A DNA stretch of 60,754 nucleotides from an uncultured Candidatus Saccharibacteria bacterium (GCA_964437545.1 CAYTHH010000002.1:1-60754); one strand, 5' to 3'; positions 44,610 through 54,585 are shown, numbered from the stretch's first letter. The notes: generated by a model not told the origin, from the sequence alone. A program made the numbers and translations.

Positions 44610-45533
44610 TTAATGATACACTTTTCTTTCCCATACAGCTTTTGTAAATGCAACTGCTGTATAGGTAATATCGCGCAACTGCTTAGCTTTTGCTGCAGCG
44701 GCCTCTGCAAAATCTTTGCCGGAACTGGCAAAAATGATTCCAGAGGAAGAATTGACGGCAATTGAACCATAATCAATGAAACCGACACGGACGGTTTCGA
44801 CTACGAAGCCTCCTTGGGCGCCGATACCTGGAATCAAAAACCAGAGCTTATCGCCGACAATTTGCCGGCATCGCGCCAAGTGTTCAGAATAGATGATTGC
44901 GGATCCTCTCGGATTTTCGTAAGCAGCCGCCATTACCAGTCCTGCATTCTGAGCTACTTCCAACTCTTCGGCCCAATTTAAGATGGTTTCAGCCATAAAT
45001 TCCCAGTAGAGACGACCATCGGCTAATCGGACATCCTGCACTTGCCGGGCAGCCGGGTTACTTGTGTAGCATAATCCGACAAGAGCGCGGCCAAGGTGTT
45101 TTTTGTCAACAAGGGCTTCCATGCAATCTTTGCCCATATACGGTGAAAAATTCATCCCGTCAACTTCGCCGAAATTAAAATGAGCAATGCTATAGCATGC
45201 TTGAGTCCGAGCAATATCTCCGCGTTTGCAATCAAGAAAAACAGGAATGCCGGGATAATAATTATGGATATGCCGGACTACCTTTTGAAGCGCCTCAATT
45301 CCGCCGGGTATCGCTTCCCAATGAGCGCTTTGCGGTTTGAACATTGAGGCATAAGGTACCGTCGCTTCAACAATTGCTATCATCCATTCAGCAACTTTAT
45401 TTGCAAGGGATAGATGCTTGTTATTGAAATGAGACGGCAGTTTATCGGGAAGCGGATCAAGCCCTACACAGACCAGCGAGTTTATCGCTTTCTGCCTTCT
45501 TGCCAACATTTGTCTGAATCCTATGCTTAACAT
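44610..45533 (-). CDS. pyrF: orotidine 5'-phosphate decarboxylase, type 2
   Basis: LVCVGLDP, FLDCKRGDIARTQ and LIPGIGAQGG motifs. SD AAAGGAG. Noticeably GC-richer than the flanking dcw genes. Confidence 0.85.
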   Translation of the reverse strand: MLSIGFRQMLARRQKAINSLVCVGLDPLPDKLPSHFNNKHLSLANKVAEWMIAIVEATVPYASMFKPQSAHWEAIPGGIEALQKVVRHIHNYYPGIPVFLDCKRGDIARTQACYSIAHFNFGEVDGMNFSPYMGKDCMEALVDKKHLGRALVGLCYTSNPAARQVQDVRLADGRLYWEFMAETILNWAEELEVAQNAGLVMAAAYENPRGSAIIYSEHLARCRQIVGDKLWFLIPGIGAQGGFVVETVRVGFIDYGSIAVNSSSGIIFASSGKDFAEAAAAKAKQLRDITYTAVAFTKAVWERKVYH

Positions 45534-45639
45534 ATGTTTCTCCTTTCTGAAAATTTGAATTTTATAAGGTACAAATTAAACTGAGTTATATTTAACCTCC
45601 TTTGGTGTAAATTAACTTATATTAAAGAAAAAAACAAGG

Positions 45640-45674
45640 GTAAAACAAAAAAACAGAAATTCCCGGAATTTCTG
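45640..45674 (-). terminator. rho-independent terminator after the PP-loop gene
   Basis: CAGAAATTC-CGG-GAATTTCTG followed on the minus strand by TTTTTTTGTTTT. Confidence 0.75.
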
Positions 45675-45714
45675 CATCAATAGGTCATTCCGTTAAAATG
45701 GCAATCCGAAACTT

Positions 45715-47106
45715 CTAAATGTCAATCTTGTTCCTTAATATTTTTCTCATTTCAAGCGGCAAATAATGTTTGGGATTATAAGAACTTAGAATTCTTCTTG
45801 ATTCAGATTCTAAATTGAAATATCTGGAAGAAATCCTGTTTTTAAAGTAAGCAAGCAAAGTCGGCATCTCTCCGGCTTCGCCGCTTCTGGCTTTCTTGAG
45901 ACTTAAATAAAAAGCGATAATGCTTTCTTTTTTGGTACCAACACATTCAAAAGGCTTAAAATCACTCTCGCCGATTAACTCTTTCATAATCTGTAAAAGA
46001 TCGTTCTTGGTGAATAAATCTTGTCCAAAAATAGCTTTCATTTCTAGCTTACTCAAAAATGGAAAAAAGCAAGTAAAAACAAATAAGCATTTAGAGCATT
46101 TACCGCACCAGCGTTTATTTTTAGCTTTTTGATTACAGCTTAAAAATGACTTAAAATATTTAGGATAACCAGTAAAAATCTTAGCAATCTGCAATTCATA
46201 AAGAGGCCTTAATAAACTGAAATACTCAATCCCTTTGATTAAATATTTCTGAAGATAATTCCTAAACCTCCTCTCAAATTTAAAAGTCTTAGAATACTGA
46301 TGGTTAACCTCTTTGCCGAAATACCAGACATTGCCTTCGTTAGCGCTTTGTTCGTTAGAGAAAACGATTGACCTGTAATCAAAAATTGTCGCTATTAAAA
46401 CACTCAAGAAAGATAAATAAGCAGTAAACGGAGTATGGCCGTTCAAGAAATTCTCTTTATTCATCTCCAGAAGTTTTGGGTCAATTTTCCTAAGCACTGT
46501 AATTGGTTTTTCGTAGCCAGCGATCTTAATCACTTCCTTAGAAGCTTGGCTAGGGTTTAAAGAAAAACAGCTAATTTCTTTGCCAGCCTCTTTTAAAAGC
46601 TCGATTGTTACCACTGAATCCTTACCGCCGCCAACGGGCACTAAATAACGTTCTTTTAATTTTAGACTGATTGGTCGGAATAGTTTCCCCTTTTTAGCCA
46701 GTTTAATTTTTAAGAAACCTTTTTCCATAAAATTAATCTGGTTTTCATAAAAATACTGAGCCATGCCGTTGAAAATCAAATCTTTCCACCACCTGATTTG
46801 ATCATGACTTAATGTTCCGGCTTTGATTAAAATCTCCGGAGAACAGGTCGCCTTCCAATATGAAATCATTTCGATTAAGCCAATATTAAAAACCAGATTA
46901 TCAATAACTTTTTTACCAATTTTTTTTATTCTTTTTGCATCTATTTTTTTAACTAAAAGCTGAGGGGAAAATGAGATCTCCTCCCCTATTATAAAATTAA
47001 AAGATATTTGTAAATCATTTTCTAAAACTTTCCAGGAAAATTTTTCATATGAAAACTGAAGATATTTTTTTCTTAAAGCAATAAAGGGTTTATTTTGGAT
47101 TGCCAT
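45715..47106 (-). CDS. PP-loop (GGGKDS) ATPase-like protein in the dcw cluster; candidate MurL-type UDP-MurNAc-L-Ala-L-Glu epimerase
   Basis: VPVGGGKDSVV PP-loop-like motif and a C-terminal CGKCSKC cluster. Located between mraY and murD. The MurL assignment comes from context plus recollection of the family, not from an alignment. Confidence 0.4.
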   Translation of the reverse strand: MAIQNKPFIALRKKYLQFSYEKFSWKVLENDLQISFNFIIGEEISFSPQLLVKKIDAKRIKKIGKKVIDNLVFNIGLIEMISYWKATCSPEILIKAGTLSHDQIRWWKDLIFNGMAQYFYENQINFMEKGFLKIKLAKKGKLFRPISLKLKERYLVPVGGGKDSVVTIELLKEAGKEISCFSLNPSQASKEVIKIAGYEKPITVLRKIDPKLLEMNKENFLNGHTPFTAYLSFLSVLIATIFDYRSIVFSNEQSANEGNVWYFGKEVNHQYSKTFKFERRFRNYLQKYLIKGIEYFSLLRPLYELQIAKIFTGYPKYFKSFLSCNQKAKNKRWCGKCSKCLFVFTCFFPFLSKLEMKAIFGQDLFTKNDLLQIMKELIGESDFKPFECVGTKKESIIAFYLSLKKARSGEAGEMPTLLAYFKNRISSRYFNLESESRRILSSYNPKHYLPLEMRKILRNKIDI

Positions 47107-47108
47107 GG

Positions 47109-48176
47109 TTAACCAAAAAGCCTAATAATTACCCCGACCATCATTGCTACCATTGTGATAAGCCAAAACCTCATGGTTATTTGAGGCGCCGGCCACCCTT
47201 TGGCCTCAAAATGATGATGAATTGGAGCTGCTAAAAATAGTTTCTTGCCCCTGAACCTCTTAGAAAGAAGCTGTAAAATAACAGAACCTGATTCGACAAA
47301 TAAAATCAATCCGATAATCGGCAATACTAGCACTGAATCAGTTAAAAAAGCCACTACGGTTAACGTGGCAGTCAATCCTAAAACTCCAGTTTCGCCCATA
47401 TAAAATTTGGCGGGTGGGATATTGTGCCATAAAAAAGCCATTAAGCTGCCCAGGATGACAGATAAAAAAGCAGCTAAATCTATTTGGCGTAAAAAAATGG
47501 CGATGACCGCATAACCAGTAAAGATAATTGCGAAAGCTCCGCCAGCCAAACCATCAATGCCGTCGATCACTCCGCCTGAATAAACTGCCATCATAGTAAT
47601 AATAAATAAGGGAATATAAAGGCCGTCGATCTCAAAATTACCTATCCCGGGAATATGAATTGTATGCCAATCCAGTTTAAAGTAAAACCATAAGGCGCCA
47701 ATAATGCCAATAACAGCTACCAAGCTCAAGCGATAAACTAAGCTTAATCCCCCACCAACATATTTACCTTTGCTAAAAACCTGAAGCAAATCATCGGTTA
47801 AACCGAGTAAAGAAGCGGCTACCAGGGCAAACAAGGGCAACCAGGTTTGACTCCGGCTCAGAAAATTTAATTTGTTAAAAATCTGAATATTAAACAGATT
47901 GTCGAGTAAAAAAAACAAAAAAACTAAAATTAAGGTGGTGGCAAAGATCAAAATGCCACCAAATCTTGGCGTTCTGATTTCACCTTCTGAATGAAATTTC
48001 TGAAAATAAGAAACATCACCGCCATCAATAGCCTTGGTTCTGACCTGCTTACGCCAAAGCTTCTTCTTATATAAGAAACTAATCAAAGGCTTGGCTAAAA
48101 AAGCTGCCATAATAAAAGAGAAAAAGCCCAAGCTTAAGATTTTAATAACATCAAACGAAAGGCCGTAAAATTTCAT
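47109..48176 (-). CDS. mraY: phospho-N-acetylmuramoyl-pentapeptide transferase MraY
   Basis: Polytopic protein with LTDDL, GIDGLAGG and APIHHHFE motifs. Confidence 0.95.
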   Translation of the reverse strand: MKFYGLSFDVIKILSLGFFSFIMAAFLAKPLISFLYKKKLWRKQVRTKAIDGGDVSYFQKFHSEGEIRTPRFGGILIFATTLILVFLFFLLDNLFNIQIFNKLNFLSRSQTWLPLFALVAASLLGLTDDLLQVFSKGKYVGGGLSLVYRLSLVAVIGIIGALWFYFKLDWHTIHIPGIGNFEIDGLYIPLFIITMMAVYSGGVIDGIDGLAGGAFAIIFTGYAVIAIFLRQIDLAAFLSVILGSLMAFLWHNIPPAKFYMGETGVLGLTATLTVVAFLTDSVLVLPIIGLILFVESGSVILQLLSKRFRGKKLFLAAPIHHHFEAKGWPAPQITMRFWLITMVAMMVGVIIRLFG

Positions 48177-48227
48177 CTTATGCGTTTAAAAAATAAATAT
48201 GTCTGCAAACTTCAAAGAAGTTGCATC

Positions 48228-49172
48228 TTAATCAAAAGCCTCAATTAACTTTTTCATTTCACTGAAACGAGATTCGTGAGAATCAGCCCCTAAAATAACG
48301 TTAATAAAGTGATTATTATTTTTATCTTTCAGAATTAAAATAATACAGCCACCGGCCTCGTCAGTATAGCCGGTTTTGCCGCCAACGATCCTTTTTCCAG
48401 CCAGCTCGCTAAAAGAATTCAATAATTCATTAGTGTTAAAAGCCCGATGGTGAAGTTCTCCGTTCTCGCTTAAAACTATGACTGAAGGCTGTGCTGAAAT
48501 TTCCAAAATTAGGGGGTACTTTTTTAAAATTAAAATGGTTAAATTGGCCAGATCCTCGGCGCTAGAAAAATTATTCTCTACTTCTAATCCAGTCGGAGTT
48601 GAAAAATTAGTTGATCTTAAGCCAAATTCTTTTACTTTTAAATTCATCATCTTAATAAATTCTTGGCGACTGTCAACTTCGTTGACTTCGTTGACTTCGG
48701 CCAAAGCGCTGGCAGCATCATTATTCGATTCCACTAAAGCCATTTTTAATAATTCCCCAACCATAATCTTCTCGCCAACCTTTAAATTACCATTACTCCA
48801 CTCTTGGGAAATCATTGCCCGGCTGATTTCAACTATTTTGGAAAGCGGCTGGTTATCCAAAGAAATAATAGCCGTCATCAATTTTGTCAGAGAAGCAATC
48901 GGCATCTTAGCGTTTGAATTTTGGTCAAAAATAATTGTCTGCTCTCCATCACTACTGACCTTAACCACTAAAGCAGCTTTAGCCTTAACATTAAAATCGA
49001 TTGAATTTTTTCTGCTCAAACTTTCTCTAGAAATCTGAGCCAGGAGAATGTTATCTGGAAAATAAATTTCATTAATTAAAAAATCTTCCATGGCAAATTG
49101 GGCGCTATTGACGCTCAAGGAAAAAGCTAAACCGATAACAATACCAACGCCAAAAAATTTAATTCCTTTCAT
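48228..49172 (-). CDS. dacA: D-alanyl-D-alanine carboxypeptidase (S11, PBP5/6-like)
   Basis: SxxK (IASLTKLMT), SxN (ESNND) and KTG (GKTGYT) motifs. Signal peptide present. Confidence 0.85.
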   Translation of the reverse strand: MKGIKFFGVGIVIGLAFSLSVNSAQFAMEDFLINEIYFPDNILLAQISRESLSRKNSIDFNVKAKAALVVKVSSDGEQTIIFDQNSNAKMPIASLTKLMTAIISLDNQPLSKIVEISRAMISQEWSNGNLKVGEKIMVGELLKMALVESNNDAASALAEVNEVNEVDSRQEFIKMMNLKVKEFGLRSTNFSTPTGLEVENNFSSAEDLANLTILILKKYPLILEISAQPSVIVLSENGELHHRAFNTNELLNSFSELAGKRIVGGKTGYTDEAGGCIILILKDKNNNHFINVILGADSHESRFSEMKKLIEAFD

Positions 49173-49221
49173 TTATTCCTTAGAAAAAAGTAATAATGTC
49201 TGCAAATTCTAGCAAGAATCT

Positions 49222-50568
49222 TCATCTCTTTTTCTGCCGAATCTTAGCTTTTAAAAGAGATAGTCTCTGGTCAATTCTTTCCATATCACGCGGAAAGAGC
49301 GATGCTTCTCGGACATTCTTTAAGCCCAAGACCTGCATAGTGATTCTTTCTGCGCCCAAGGCAAATCCACCTTCAGGTGGCATGCCAAATTTAAAGGCTT
49401 GCAAATAAATCTCAAAATCCTCGGGTTTATTACCCCACTCTTTAATATTTTTTAAAAGTTGCTGGTAATCATTAATTCTCTGACCGCCAGTTACCCATTC
49501 CAAGCCTCGCCCCAAAAGATCAAAACTGTAGGTATATTCTGGATCTTGAGGATCTGGATAAGTATAAAACGGTCTTTTTTTAGCTGGATAATGAGTAATG
49601 AAAATTAGTTCTGAGCCATATTTTTCAAGAGCATAACGACAAATTTCTTTTTCGTCTTCTGGTTCCAAGTCCGGTTCTTGGCGATTATCACGGTTTGTTC
49701 TCTCAAAAATAATTTGCTGAGCCTGACGCATTTTTAACTGCGGAATCTTTTCTGGTAGTTGAGGAGTAGTGACTCCAAACATTTTTAACTCTTCGGCTCT
49801 TTCTTTGTTAAGTTTCTGAAAAACATATCTGATCGTTTTTTCTACTTCTTCCATAATCTCTGTAAATGACTCGATAAAACCCATTTCTGCGTCCAAGCTT
49901 AAATATTCTGTCAAATGACGGGTAGTCACCGACGGTTCAGCCCGATAGGCATGAGCTAAAGTAAAAACTCTTTCAAAAACGCCCACCATGATTTGCTTAT
50001 ACATCTGCGGAGACTGAGCTAAAAAAGCATCTTTGTCAAAATATTTCACCCTAAAAACTTCGGCGCCGCCCTCGGTTGCCGAAGGCACAATGGTTGGCAC
50101 TTGAATTTCCGTAAAGCCATCTTGTTTTAAAACTTCGCGAAAACCACTAATAATTGTTTCTTGAACCTTAAAGATAGCAGTAACTTTTGGATGCCGTAAA
50201 GAAAGCGGACGCCAATCAAGTAGCGTCGGCAACTCAAGGTTCAAATCTTCCTGACCCATATCAAAAGGCAATTCTTCAGCCTTAGATAGAACTACTAGCC
50301 CCTGAACCGCTACTTCTATTTTACCAGTCAGAATATTTTTATTAACCATGGCCAGCGGTCTTTTCTGGACCAAGCCAACAATTTCAATTACATCCTGAGG
50401 CCTAAGACCAGAAAGCAACTCGCCACCAACTAATTGAATCATGGCACTGCCATCTCTAATATCAACAAAAACCAGCTTGCCATGATCACGCTTAATATTA
50501 ACCCAGCCAGCAATTTTGATCTTTTTATCAACGTACTTTGGCGTTTCTTGTATAAAAATTCTTTTCAT
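49222..50568 (-). CDS. aspS: aspartate--tRNA ligase, archaeal/eukaryal type (possibly non-discriminating)
   Basis: OB-fold N-domain, class IIb motifs FRAEPSVTTRHLTEY and GGFALGAERI. 448 aa. Confidence 0.85.
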   Translation of the reverse strand: MKRIFIQETPKYVDKKIKIAGWVNIKRDHGKLVFVDIRDGSAMIQLVGGELLSGLRPQDVIEIVGLVQKRPLAMVNKNILTGKIEVAVQGLVVLSKAEELPFDMGQEDLNLELPTLLDWRPLSLRHPKVTAIFKVQETIISGFREVLKQDGFTEIQVPTIVPSATEGGAEVFRVKYFDKDAFLAQSPQMYKQIMVGVFERVFTLAHAYRAEPSVTTRHLTEYLSLDAEMGFIESFTEIMEEVEKTIRYVFQKLNKERAEELKMFGVTTPQLPEKIPQLKMRQAQQIIFERTNRDNRQEPDLEPEDEKEICRYALEKYGSELIFITHYPAKKRPFYTYPDPQDPEYTYSFDLLGRGLEWVTGGQRINDYQQLLKNIKEWGNKPEDFEIYLQAFKFGMPPEGGFALGAERITMQVLGLKNVREASLFPRDMERIDQRLSLLKAKIRQKKR

Positions 50569-50577
50569 GAAGATTAA

Positions 50578-51621
50578 TTAAACTTGTAAAAGACAATTGT
50601 ACTTAGCCAATCTTTCTCCCCTGGCCATGCCGCCGAATTTAACAAAATCAGATCCAATAGCCAAAGCTAGTTCAGCTATGAAAGGATCATTGGTTTCGCC
50701 TGACCGGTGTGAGACAATGATTTTTAGTTTATTTTTCCTGGCCAATCTCACAAATTCCAGAGTTTCAGAAATAGTACCGATTTGGTTTGGCTTAACAATA
50801 ACTGCGTTAATCAATAAGGGAGAAAGGGCTTTCTTCAGCCTAAAAGTATTGGTAGCCACCAAATCATCGCCAACTACTAAATGATCTTTTCCGAACTTTT
50901 TGAAAAAACTTTGCCAATTTTTAATATCTTTTTCCGCAAACGGGTCTTCAATACTAACGATCTTAAAGTCTTTAATTAAGTCTTCCAAATCATATTTCTC
51001 GCTTGGCTTGAAATAACTGCCGCCAACATCAATGGCATACTTAGTTTGAGCTGGTAAAGACTTTTTCAGAATCTGCATCGCTTGATAATCATTAAGATTA
51101 TTTGGAGCAAATCCGCCCTCTAATCCTACATCGGTGTCAATCTTTTCTTTTAATAAAGCTTTTTTTAATCTTCCGTAATTTAAAAGTCCTTGATTAACAT
51201 TTTTACTGATAATCATGATTTCCTGAATTTTTAAAGAAGAATCTGAATGAATTCCGCCTTCAAATCCTAAAACCATTAATTGCGGACGTCTTTTTGATTT
51301 CGGTAAAGTTTTAAAGGCCCGACAAAAAGCAACTGATAAAGGCAGAGTGACGTTGGCAAATTTAGACTTTAATTTTAAATACTTGTCAAAATCTGACTGT
51401 GACTTAAAGTTTTTCTTTAAAATGTTTTTTGACAGTCTATTAATAATGGCTACTGCTTTGTCGGCTGGCAAATTCTTAGTTTCATATTTCCCAATAGAAG
51501 TTCCGCTCGGAACTGAAGCCAATACTTTTTCATTCGAGCTTACCAATTCAACTTCAACCGTTGGCTTAGCCCGGGAATCTAGAATCTTTCTGACCTGAAG
51601 TGATTTAATTACTAGTTTCAT
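50578..51621 (-). CDS. eno: enolase, short form (347 aa)
   Basis: ILDSRAKPTVEVEL, LEGGFAP, SIEDPF, VGDDL, VKPNQIG and SHRSGET. Catalytic and metal residues are retained despite being about 80 aa shorter than usual. Confidence 0.8.
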   Translation of the reverse strand: MKLVIKSLQVRKILDSRAKPTVEVELVSSNEKVLASVPSGTSIGKYETKNLPADKAVAIINRLSKNILKKNFKSQSDFDKYLKLKSKFANVTLPLSVAFCRAFKTLPKSKRRPQLMVLGFEGGIHSDSSLKIQEIMIISKNVNQGLLNYGRLKKALLKEKIDTDVGLEGGFAPNNLNDYQAMQILKKSLPAQTKYAIDVGGSYFKPSEKYDLEDLIKDFKIVSIEDPFAEKDIKNWQSFFKKFGKDHLVVGDDLVATNTFRLKKALSPLLINAVIVKPNQIGTISETLEFVRLARKNKLKIIVSHRSGETNDPFIAELALAIGSDFVKFGGMARGERLAKYNCLLQV

Positions 51622-51715
51622 AACCTTAATTCATTTAATTACTAGTTTCATAACCTTAATTCATTTAATTACTAGTTTCATAACCTTAATTCATTTAATT
51701 ACTAGTTTCATAACT
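51604..51715. repeat. 30-bp tandem repeat (4 copies) duplicating the trxB-stop / eno-start junction
   Basis: Minus strand has GTTATGAAACTAGTAATTAAATGAATTAAG three times, then GTTATGAAACTAGTAATTAAATCACTT (the real eno start). Copies start at 51604, 51634, 51664 and 51694 on the plus strand. Confidence 0.92.
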
Positions 51716-52631
51716 GATTTTGTAAAAAAGAATAAACAGATAAAACTGCCTTAGTCCCCTCTCCAGCCGCAACAATGATTTGCTTGTATTTAACATTAGT
51801 AACATCGCCGGCTGCATATAAACCTGGAGTTTTAGTTGCACAGGTTAGAGGATCAACAGTAATCTCTCCCATCTTGGTTAAATCAACTAAATCTTTCAAA
51901 AAATCTGCGGCTGGCAAATACCCGACCTGAATAAAAACCCCTTGAACTGCCAGTTCTTTTTCCTGGCCAGATTCCAAATCTTGGTAAAGAAGCGCGTTGA
52001 CCTTATCTTTTCCTTTAATCTCCAGAGTTTTAGCTCTTAAGATCACTTCTATTTTCCCGGATTTTCTGGCTTTTTCTTGTTCGATTTCATCAGCCAAAGG
52101 CTTAGAGGAAAGCTCAAGGATATAAATTTTATTTGCATAAGGAATAGAATCCAGGGCTGCCCCAAAGCCAGAGTTGCCTCCGCCAACCACAGCTATGTCT
52201 CGCCTCCTAAAAAGAGGGGCATCGCAAATAGAGCAATATGATACCCCTTTATTCCTTAACTCTGTTTCTCCCGGCACTTTTAATGGTCTGGGATTCCGAC
52301 CCGTGGCGATAATAATTGCTTTGCTTTGAAAAACCTGTTTTTTTACAGTTTCAATTGTAAAAATATTTTCTTTCTTAGAAAGAGAGCGAACCTCATCGCC
52401 TTCTTTGATTTCAACATCAAACTTTTGCAAGTGATCCTTAAAACTTTTCATCAAGCTCATGCCGTCAATTTCAGCAAAGCCGGGATAGTTTTCTATCATG
52501 CCGACTTTACCGATCTGACCAATAAAATCTTTGGTAGCTAGCAAAATATTCAAAGCCTTTCTGGCCCCATAAATGCCAGCGGCAATTCCTGCTGGTCCGC
52601 CGCCAATAATAATCAGATCGTAGATCATCAT
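51708..52631 (-). CDS. trxB: thioredoxin-disulfide reductase
   Basis: GGGPAG, the redox motif CSICDA and GDV motifs. Confidence 0.9.
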   Translation of the reverse strand: MMIYDLIIIGGGPAGIAAGIYGARKALNILLATKDFIGQIGKVGMIENYPGFAEIDGMSLMKSFKDHLQKFDVEIKEGDEVRSLSKKENIFTIETVKKQVFQSKAIIIATGRNPRPLKVPGETELRNKGVSYCSICDAPLFRRRDIAVVGGGNSGFGAALDSIPYANKIYILELSSKPLADEIEQEKARKSGKIEVILRAKTLEIKGKDKVNALLYQDLESGQEKELAVQGVFIQVGYLPAADFLKDLVDLTKMGEITVDPLTCATKTPGLYAAGDVTNVKYKQIIVAAGEGTKAVLSVYSFLQNQL

Positions 52632-52703
52632 ATATTATACCGAAAAAAGTGATTTTAAGCAATAAAATTAAAATTAAAGATTATACCTTTGAGAAAAAGG
52701 TAA

Positions 52704-52736
52704 AGCAAAAATCCCGCTAAAAGCGGGATTGTTGCT
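52704..52736 (-). terminator. rho-independent terminator
   Basis: AGCAAAAATCCCGC-TAAAA-GCGGGATTGTTGCT, with a T-rich tail on the minus strand. Confidence 0.7.
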
Positions 52737-52754
52737 TTTTCTCAAAGTTTGGCC

Positions 52755-54554
52755 TTAAGAATTCTTTTCTCTGTTTCTAATTTCTTCAATAATCTTATTG
52801 AGTCTTTGTTCTGCTTTTTCAGAAGGCTCTTTGGGCATCAAATCTGCTATCTTTTCTTTAGCAGAAGAAACAACCTCGTTGACTCCAAGAGCATAAGCTT
52901 TTTTACCGACATAAAACCTTAATAGCATAAAGTATGTCAATAGAATTGTGGCCATTGCTGAAGTGATTAAAGCAATTTTAGCTGAATCTAAAACTCCGGT
53001 TGGTACATCGGTAGCGCCTTTTACTTCAGTCCTGACTACGTTAACGGAAGCAGTGTCAGTTCTAGAAACACTGCTGTTATAGACTGAAACCGTATTAACT
53101 AAGTTAGTGGTGCCGAAAGCAAAGTTTGCTGCTTGAGCTACAAGTGCCTGAAAAGTAATTTTTTTAGTCTGTTGCGGATTAAGCGTACCAATATTAAGAC
53201 CGGTTAAGATATTGCCGCCGACAAAAGAAACGTCATCTATTTTAAGACTGCCGAGATAACTCATATTGGCCGGCAGAGTATCTTTGACAATAACGTCATT
53301 AAGAATGCTATTTCCAGTGGCAGTAATGAAAATATGAAATTCAATCACCTCTCCCGGATCAGAAGTAGTTACTTCCCCATAAGCAGTATTGTCGCTTAAG
53401 TTCCGACCGAGCTTATTAACACTCAGATCTTGAGTTCCAGCTGAACCAACTATAACCGTAGCCGTAGCTTCGGCAGCTGAAGCTGTGCCTCTTTCTATTC
53501 TGACCTTAGCAATGTAAGTGCCAATATTTTGATAATTACAAGCATCAACTACTGTTTTTGGATTCTCAGATATTGAACTAAAGGTCTGATCCCAAACGCC
53601 ATCTGAAGTACAATCAAATCTATAAGTAATAAGGCCTGTAGCCGTTCCTGTTGCTGTTGCCCTTAAATCAACTCCGTTCAAGGGGGCATTGCCTGTATTG
53701 GGAATAGTTTCAAGACTGGCATAAAGAGTTTGTTGTTGATTAGCAACCTGAACGGTAACGCTGTCTGAAGCTGAACCGCCAGCTCCGCTACAAGCTATGA
53801 TATATGTTTTTGAGCTCAAAAGATTACCAGTGGTTTCACTGCCGCTCAGAGATTTATACCCCTGCCAAGCAGTATCAGTAGCATAACAAGAACTGGCATT
53901 GCTGGAAGTCCAAGATAAGGTGGCAGCGGTGTTGTAATTAACAGTTATTGGACCATCCGAACCATTGACCTTTAAGTCAACGGTTGGTCCTGAGCTTGTT
54001 GTTAGTCTTCCTCTGAAGACAACGTAACCGGCTTCTGTATAACAATCGATTGTATCACAATCAATACTGCCCAAATTCACTTCAACATAACCAGCTCCCT
54101 GGGAAACCGTTATATTGCTGACTGTTTGATTATTATCTCTGTACCAGGTAGTAATGTTATCAAAAACTAGTTTTTGGGCAGTTGAAACATTAATAATACC
54201 ATTATCATTAGCGCTGGTAACATTGTTAGCTGAAACCAAAGCGGTAGTAGTTATTGAATTTTGTTCTGTGGTTGGAAAGTTAATCCTCACGATGGTATTC
54301 TGGGCTTGCTGGGTTGGAATATTAGAATCGGTTGTTCCACAATGATAATAGACATCGAATCTAATATAGTCTCCGCTATTAGCTGAAATTGGATCTTGCC
54401 AGCTAACAGTCCCCTGAGTTTCGTTTTTCATCTTCAGAAGTTCAATATCAGCTGCCATCATATTAAACCTTGTTTCTGCTTGAGCTGTTAGGGGAAATAT
54501 AACCAATCCAGCTAAAAGTACAAATGAAGAAATTAATAGAATTTTTTTAGTCAT
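52755..54554 (-). CDS. large surface/adhesin-like protein: signal peptide, shared N-domain, Ig-like module, PKD-like and DUF11-like repeats, C-terminal VPTG-TM-basic segment
   Basis: Start set at MTKKILLISSFVLLAGLVIFPLTAQA (ATG 54554). TYRFDCTSDGVWD...GTYIAKVRI is PKD-like and VKDTLPANMSYLGS is DUF11-like. The C-terminus reads GATDVPTG plus a TM plus RFYVGKK. Confidence 0.75.
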   Translation of the reverse strand: MTKKILLISSFVLLAGLVIFPLTAQAETRFNMMAADIELLKMKNETQGTVSWQDPISANSGDYIRFDVYYHCGTTDSNIPTQQAQNTIVRINFPTTEQNSITTTALVSANNVTSANDNGIINVSTAQKLVFDNITTWYRDNNQTVSNITVSQGAGYVEVNLGSIDCDTIDCYTEAGYVVFRGRLTTSSGPTVDLKVNGSDGPITVNYNTAATLSWTSSNASSCYATDTAWQGYKSLSGSETTGNLLSSKTYIIACSGAGGSASDSVTVQVANQQQTLYASLETIPNTGNAPLNGVDLRATATGTATGLITYRFDCTSDGVWDQTFSSISENPKTVVDACNYQNIGTYIAKVRIERGTASAAEATATVIVGSAGTQDLSVNKLGRNLSDNTAYGEVTTSDPGEVIEFHIFITATGNSILNDVIVKDTLPANMSYLGSLKIDDVSFVGGNILTGLNIGTLNPQQTKKITFQALVAQAANFAFGTTNLVNTVSVYNSSVSRTDTASVNVVRTEVKGATDVPTGVLDSAKIALITSAMATILLTYFMLLRFYVGKKAYALGVNEVVSSAKEKIADLMPKEPSEKAEQRLNKIIEEIRNREKNS

Positions 54555-54585
54555 TTTTTTATTGATTAATTTTTTTAATAAATAC

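Noticed and set aside
48478-49038. 186-aa plus-strand ORF antisense to dacA (and similar long antisense ORFs at 6824..7141, 11716..12021, 28410..28924, 33822..34172, 43212..43547)
   Set aside because: Each lies fully or largely (11716..12021 only at its two ends) antisense to well-supported genes. They are Leu/Ser/Phe/Ile-rich, as expected from antisense of AT-rich coding DNA, and have no independent signals.
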